From: Gemmatimonadota bacterium
GTDB taxonomy: Bacteria; Gemmatimonadota; Gemmatimonadetes; Gemmatimonadales; GWC2-71-9
NCBI GenBank assembly: GCA_016704275.1
Contig: JADJAK010000005.1
Location: forward strand, 336,246 to 400,245
DNA length: 64,000 nucleotides
Direction: 5' to 3'
Within the stretch, counting starts at the first letter, position 1. Every line of letters begins with the position of its first letter. This document shows positions 59,954-64,000 of the stretch, piece by piece. The translations under genes and the position numbers were made by a program. The notes under the pieces are model-generated. The model had not been told where the DNA came from. It searched no databases and was given only the letters and a program-made list of their open reading frames with translations.

Positions 59954-60437
59954 TCTCATCGTTCTGGCGCTGACCCTCGCGGGCTGCAGCTTCGGCTTCC
60001 GCTCCGGCGGCGGCTTGCCGGCGGAGATCAAGACCGTGGCGGTGCTCCCCTTCGACAACGAGACGTCGGACGCGACGCTTGGCCAGCAGGTCAACGCCGC
60101 TATTCGCGAAGCCGTCGAGCGGCGCCTCGGACTCCGCGCGGCCACCGAGGCGAAGGCCGACCTCGTGGTCCGCGGACGGATCACGAACTACGAGCCCGAC
60201 GAGCCGACCTCCTTTTCCGGCACCGGCACCGGTGGCAGTGTCCAGGTCACCCGGCGGCAACTCTCCGTCACCATCGCGATCGAAATGGTCGCCAACAAGG
60301 ACGGGCGGATGATCTTCCAGGAACGCAGCCTCAGTGCACGGGGCGACTACGAACCGGGCCGCGAGGCCGACGGCCGCAAGAAGGCGCTGGAGTTTCTGGT
60401 GAACTCGATCGTCGACAAGGCGCAGTCCCGATGGTAG
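59931..60437 (+). CDS. lptE: LPS-assembly lipoprotein LptE
   Basis: [30 protein letters not shown] and [11 protein letters not shown], typical of LptE. Confidence 0.7.
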   Translation: MHRAIRSSLIVLALTLAGCSFGFRSGGGLPAEIKTVAVLPFDNETSDATLGQQVNAAIREAVERRLGLRAATEAKADLVVRGRITNYEPDEPTSFSGTGTGGSVQVTRRQLSVTIAIEMVANKDGRMIFQERSLSARGDYEPGREADGRKKALEFLVNSIVDKAQSRW

Positions 60438-61282
60438 CCGCGCGTCGCGGTGGCAGCACCCTCGGCTGCCTGGTCACGCTGCTCATCATCGGCACGGCGG
60501 TCTACGTCGGCATCGCACTTGGGCGGCCGTGGTTTCGCTACGAGCAGTTCCGCGACGAGATGACCTCCGCGGCACGCTTCAGCACGACGCTCACCGACGC
60601 GCAGATCCTGACGCGCCTCCGCGCCGTGGCCGACACCATCGGCCTCCCGCCCGACGCCAAGAAGATCATCGTCAAGCGACTCGATCCCTCGGGTGGCGTC
60701 GTGATCTCGGTCAAAGTACACCGAGCGCGTGACGCTGCCGCTGTATGGCGAGAAGGTGTTCAAGTTTGCGCCGAAGATCGTCGGGGGCGAGCCCTGAGCT
60801 CGCTGGCCGATACCGCCACAAAGCTGCGCTCCCAGGGCGACGCCGCACGCTGGCGCCAGGGAGCCACGGGGCAGGTGGTCTTCACCAACGGCGTCTTCGA
60901 CCTCCTCCATGCCGGCCACATTCACGTCCTCGAGTCGGCGCGCGCCCTGGGCGATGCACTGATCGTCGGCGTCAACACCGATGCCTCGGTGCGCCGGCTC
61001 GACAAGGGGCATGAGCGGCCAATCGTCCCTGCTGCCGACCGCGCCCGGGTCCTGGCCGCGCTCGCCTGTGTGGACTGCGTGGTCCTCTTCGACGAGGACA
61101 CTCCTGCGCAGCTCATTGCCGCATTGCAGCCCGACGTCCTGGTGAAGGGCGGCGACTACAGCCCTGATACCGTTGTTGGTGCGGACACCGTGCGTGCGCG
61201 CGGTGGTCGTGTCGTGATCATTCCGTTGTTGCCGGATCGTTCGACTACCCGCCTTGTGGAGCGCCTTCGTGTCACGCCCTGA
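60431..61282 (+). CDS. Composite ORF: N-terminal membrane-anchored segment read through into RfaE domain II (D-glycero-beta-D-manno-heptose 1-phosphate adenylyltransferase)
   Basis: The C-terminal ~135 aa are [50 protein letters not shown]...LVKGGDY (cytidylyltransferase HxGH). The N-terminus has a TM helix [20 protein letters not shown]. The linker [26 protein letters not shown] looks off-frame (see finding). Confidence 0.7.
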   Translation: MVAARRGGSTLGCLVTLLIIGTAVYVGIALGRPWFRYEQFRDEMTSAARFSTTLTDAQILTRLRAVADTIGLPPDAKKIIVKRLDPSGGVVISVKVHRARDAAAVWREGVQVCAEDRRGRALSSLADTATKLRSQGDAARWRQGATGQVVFTNGVFDLLHAGHIHVLESARALGDALIVGVNTDASVRRLDKGHERPIVPAADRARVLAALACVDCVVLFDEDTPAQLIAALQPDVLVKGGDYSPDTVVGADTVRARGGRVVIIPLLPDRSTTRLVERLRVTP

Positions 61283-61979
61283 TGGTCGTCAGCCCAACCA
61301 GCTTCGTCCCACCGTTCTTGAGCGCCGCGCCAACCCGTACGCCGAGGGCTCCTGCCTGGTGCGGATGGGCGGCACGCTGGTGCATTGCACCGCTTCCGTC
61401 GAGACGGGCGTCCCGCCGTTCAAGAAGGGGAGCGGGCAGGGGTGGGTCACGGCCGAGTATTCCATGTTGCCGCGCGCCACGGCGGAGCGGACCTCGCGTG
61501 AGCGGAACGGCCCCGGCGGGCGCACGCATGAAATCCAGCGCCTGATTGGCCGGTCGCTGCGCGCGGCGATGGGGACCTTCGCCTTTGGCGAGTACACCAT
61601 CAAGGTCGACTGCGACGTCCTCACCGCCGATGGCGGGACGCGCTGCGCCTCGATCACCGGTGCGTGCGTGGCGCTGCACGATGCCTGCACCTGGCTGTCG
61701 GAGAAGACCGGTCAGCCGTCGCCGTTCGGGCGGTTGGTGGCGGCGGTGTCGGTCGGGACGGTGGCTGGCGAGCAGCGGCTCGACCTGGCGTACCTGGAAG
61801 ATCGTGACGCCGAGGTGGATGCGAACGTCGTGATGCTGGCGCCGCATGACTTTGTCGAGGTGCAGGGGACGGGCGAGCACGGGACCTTTGATCGGGCGGC
61901 GCTGGACCGGTTGCTGGACCTGGCGCAGGGCGGCATGAACGAGCTCTTCGCGCTGCAGCGGACGGCGCTCGGCCTGTGA
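61269..61979 (+). CDS. rph: Ribonuclease PH
   Basis: [29 protein letters not shown], and [15 protein letters not shown]. Start is GTG 61269 or ATG 61254. Confidence 0.93.
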   Translation: MSRPDGRQPNQLRPTVLERRANPYAEGSCLVRMGGTLVHCTASVETGVPPFKKGSGQGWVTAEYSMLPRATAERTSRERNGPGGRTHEIQRLIGRSLRAAMGTFAFGEYTIKVDCDVLTADGGTRCASITGACVALHDACTWLSEKTGQPSPFGRLVAAVSVGTVAGEQRLDLAYLEDRDAEVDANVVMLAPHDFVEVQGTGEHGTFDRAALDRLLDLAQGGMNELFALQRTALGL

Positions 61980-62650
61980 CGGTCCTCCTGGTGGCCTCTC
62001 GGAACGTGGGGAAGGTGGCCGAGTTCCGGGGGCTGCTGGGGCCGTTGGGGGTGGATGTCAGGTCGCCGGATCAGTGCGGGCTGGCGGAGCATCCGGACGA
62101 GGACGTGTTGGAGGTGGCGCACACCTTCGCGGAGAACGCGGCGCTCAAGGCCGAGTGGTTTGCGGCGCGGAGCGGCGTGGTCACGCTAGCTGATGATAGC
62201 GGGCTGGAAGTGGATGCGCTTGAGGGTGGGCCGGGGGTCTACTCCAAGCGCTTTGCCGGGATGGATGGCCCTGATCATCTGGTGACGGCGGCGAACAACG
62301 CGGCGCTTCTGACGGCGCTCAGGGATGTGCCGGACGCGGCGCGGTCGGCGCGGTATCGGTGTGTGCTGGTGTTGCACCGGCCGGCGGGTGCGGAGTGGCC
62401 GTGGGCGGAGCCGGCGGAGGGGACGTCGCTGGTGGTGGCCGGGGTCACCGAGGGGCGGATCCTGCGTGCTCCCGAGGGCGATGGGGGGTTCGGGTACGAT
62501 CCGCTCTTCTGGAGTGATGACCTGGGGATGAGCTTCGGCCAGGCGACGCGGGAGGCGAAGGGGAAGGTTTCGCACCGGGGGCGGGCGGTGCATGAGCTGA
62601 TCGAGCGGGTGCATCCGAGGCGGGTCAGGTCGGTGCGGGAGCCGCATTAG
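61976..62650 (+). CDS. rdgB: Non-canonical purine NTP pyrophosphatase RdgB/HAM1
   Basis: [31 protein letters not shown], and SHRGRA. Confidence 0.9.
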   Translation: MTVLLVASRNVGKVAEFRGLLGPLGVDVRSPDQCGLAEHPDEDVLEVAHTFAENAALKAEWFAARSGVVTLADDSGLEVDALEGGPGVYSKRFAGMDGPDHLVTAANNAALLTALRDVPDAARSARYRCVLVLHRPAGAEWPWAEPAEGTSLVVAGVTEGRILRAPEGDGGFGYDPLFWSDDLGMSFGQATREAKGKVSHRGRAVHELIERVHPRRVRSVREPH

Positions 62651-62677
62651 GGGGAGAGTCGGGGGTGGGGTAGAGGC

Positions 62678-62716
62678 GGGGCGCGGGGATCGAGGGCTGA
62701 TCTTTGCGCCCTTTTT
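62678..62716 (+). terminator. Rho-independent terminator after rdgB
   Basis: GGGGCGCGGGGATC-GAGGGCT-GATCTTTGCGCCC (the stem includes three G-U pairs) followed by TTTTT (62712-16). Confidence 0.6.
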
Positions 62717-62921
62717 GTGTTCCCAGGTGGGGAGGCGGCTTGGAGGGGGTCTCGTCCTGGTGTGTTGGAGTGGCTCCTTGGGGCAGAGGGCCAGGGCCTA
62801 CGTGACTGGAAAATCCGCCACGGTTCCGGTCGGGGTCGGTCGGGGGTACCGTTCCTTAGGGATTGGGGCGCGATGACTGCGCGTCCAACACACATTGGCT
62901 GGCCCAACTCATGAGTCCCGT

Positions 62922-63714
62922 ATGATCTATTTGTACCACGGCGGTGGAGCCTCTTTGACAGAGGTGCTTGGTGATGCGCTTAGTCCGGATGACTGGAAGA
63001 AACTGAGGGCCTCAACCTCGCGGCTACTGGTCGCGCGTCGGCAGATGAAGGCGGCAACGGCTCTCGATCAATATCCCTTCGATCTACTGAGTGGTACTAA
63101 CTACTTCAAGGATGAGTTTGCGGTCCTCCGATTGACGGCCACGTTGGAGCAGTACGTTTCGTTGAGTGAGCTTCAAAACGACAAGACCATAGAGCAACCG
63201 TTCAAAGCAATAGCCGAGACGATCAGCGAGCTTGGTACATACGTCCGGTTCGTCGTGATGGAGCTCGACACAGAGGAAGGTCCCCTTCCGGTAGCAGTTC
63301 CATCGCCCTCAAGTGACCTCAGAGGCAGTCGAGCGCTCGCTGGCCGACGCGGAGCTGTTGCTCCGGGGGCGCGGGCCAGAGCATGCGTTCGATCGCGTCC
63401 ATACTGCGGTTCATGGCTATCTAAGGGCGGCGCTCGAGCGGGAAGGCGCCTCTGCCAGCCAGACAGCGTCCCCGACCGAACTCTTCAAGAGCTTGCGCGA
63501 AGCACACCCGAACTTGCAAGGCTTAGGAGTACGCGGAGCCGATTCGCGACGGATTCTCTCGGCTCTTGCCACGATTCTTGACGCGCTCGGGACTCTCCGC
63601 AATCAAGCAAGTGGTGCGCATCCGAATCCCGCTGTGCTCGAACCAGCAGAAGCGATGCTTGCGATAAATGCGGCCCGCTCCCTGATCCACTATTTGGATG
63701 AGCGTCTGCGCTAG
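62922..63714 (+). CDS. AbiJ-like abortive-infection protein: uncharacterised N-terminal domain plus C-terminal HEPN (Abi_C); split over two frames near 63295-63315
   Basis: The N-terminal part MIYLYHGGGASLTEVLG... is in the frame of 62922. The C-terminal part runs from GTG 63313 to TAG 63714 and has ILSALATILDALGTLRNQASGAHPNP...AMLAINAARSLIHYL (Rx6H HEPN motif). Lower GC than the rest of the window. Confidence 0.6.
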
Positions 63715-63856
63715 GTCGGGCCATCTCAGTCGCCTTTTCTTCCGTGAGGGTCAACTGCCTTGGCCCGGGCCCTGCAGCCTTCCGAGGGCCAGCGCGGACC
63801 TTTATGCGCTCCGCCCCAGAACCGCGCAGGGGTCACTACCAAGAGGTCGAGGAGTC

Positions 63857-64000
63857 ATGAGTCTGAGATTTGGGCACAAGGTGTTTAGTAGGCCGGACGG
63901 CTCATCGGCCGAGTCTTGGGAACCCTTCACATGCGCATATTGCGGGGCTGAGGTGTCCAGCGCGGTCATTGCAACCGTGGGCGACGGGATCGGCCGGCTG
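63857..64000 (+). CDS. Hypothetical protein with CxxC motif, 3' end beyond window
   Basis: ATG 63857 is preceded by GAGGAG (63849-54). MSLRFGHKVFSRPDGSSAESWEPFTCAYCGAEVSS... is open to the window end. Confidence 0.4.
   Translation, partial: MSLRFGHKVFSRPDGSSAESWEPFTCAYCGAEVSSAVIATVGDGIGRL

Noticed and set aside
62651-62921. Possible tRNA or tmRNA integration target at the composition boundary
   Set aside because: I could find no cloverleaf-compatible segment on either strand: no GTTCRANYC T-loop and no CCA-proximal acceptor pairing. A covariance-model scan would still be the proper test.

Overview
Very GC-rich bacterial chromosomal segment. Gene content and order look Gemmatimonadota-like: Bat-type aerotolerance genes, a bshA-like GT4, groESL behind CIRCE operators, rimP-nusA-infB-rbfA-truB-ribF-secDF, gatCAB, and the LPS genes lptE, lpxH-like and rfaE-II. 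That taxonomic guess is inference only. I support about 60 protein-coding genes. Almost all are core housekeeping, tightly packed, with many 4-nt start/stop overlaps. I saw no rRNA, tRNA, CRISPR array, transposase or integrase. Most long ORFs in the track that lie antisense to or off-frame from these genes are GC-driven artefacts. Things worth a second look: (1) The last ~1.3 kb, after the rdgB terminator, drops in GC and opens with an AbiJ-like HEPN (Abi_C) gene split over two frames. It is followed by a CxxC ORF that runs off the window. This is the only defence-type locus and it is truncated by the window edge. (2) Two intergenic elements are built from inverted arrays of tandem 7-mers (GTCGTAG type and GATGATC type) abutting stop codons, and there is a 2 x 50-bp palindromic repeat after groEL. 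(3) At five places a conserved protein continues in another frame (NlpC/P60, LbH sugar-nucleotidyltransferase-like, BatD start, a small membrane protein fused to RfaE-II, and the Abi gene). All five are in dispensable genes. (4) There are several unusual architectures: an orphan Roadblock/LC7 gene heading a GDP-mannose-type operon, a HEAT-cyclophilin fusion, and a degenerate EAL-HDOD protein. I did not find a convincing complete novel multi-gene system inside the window. All homology calls come from motif recognition by eye, not from searches.
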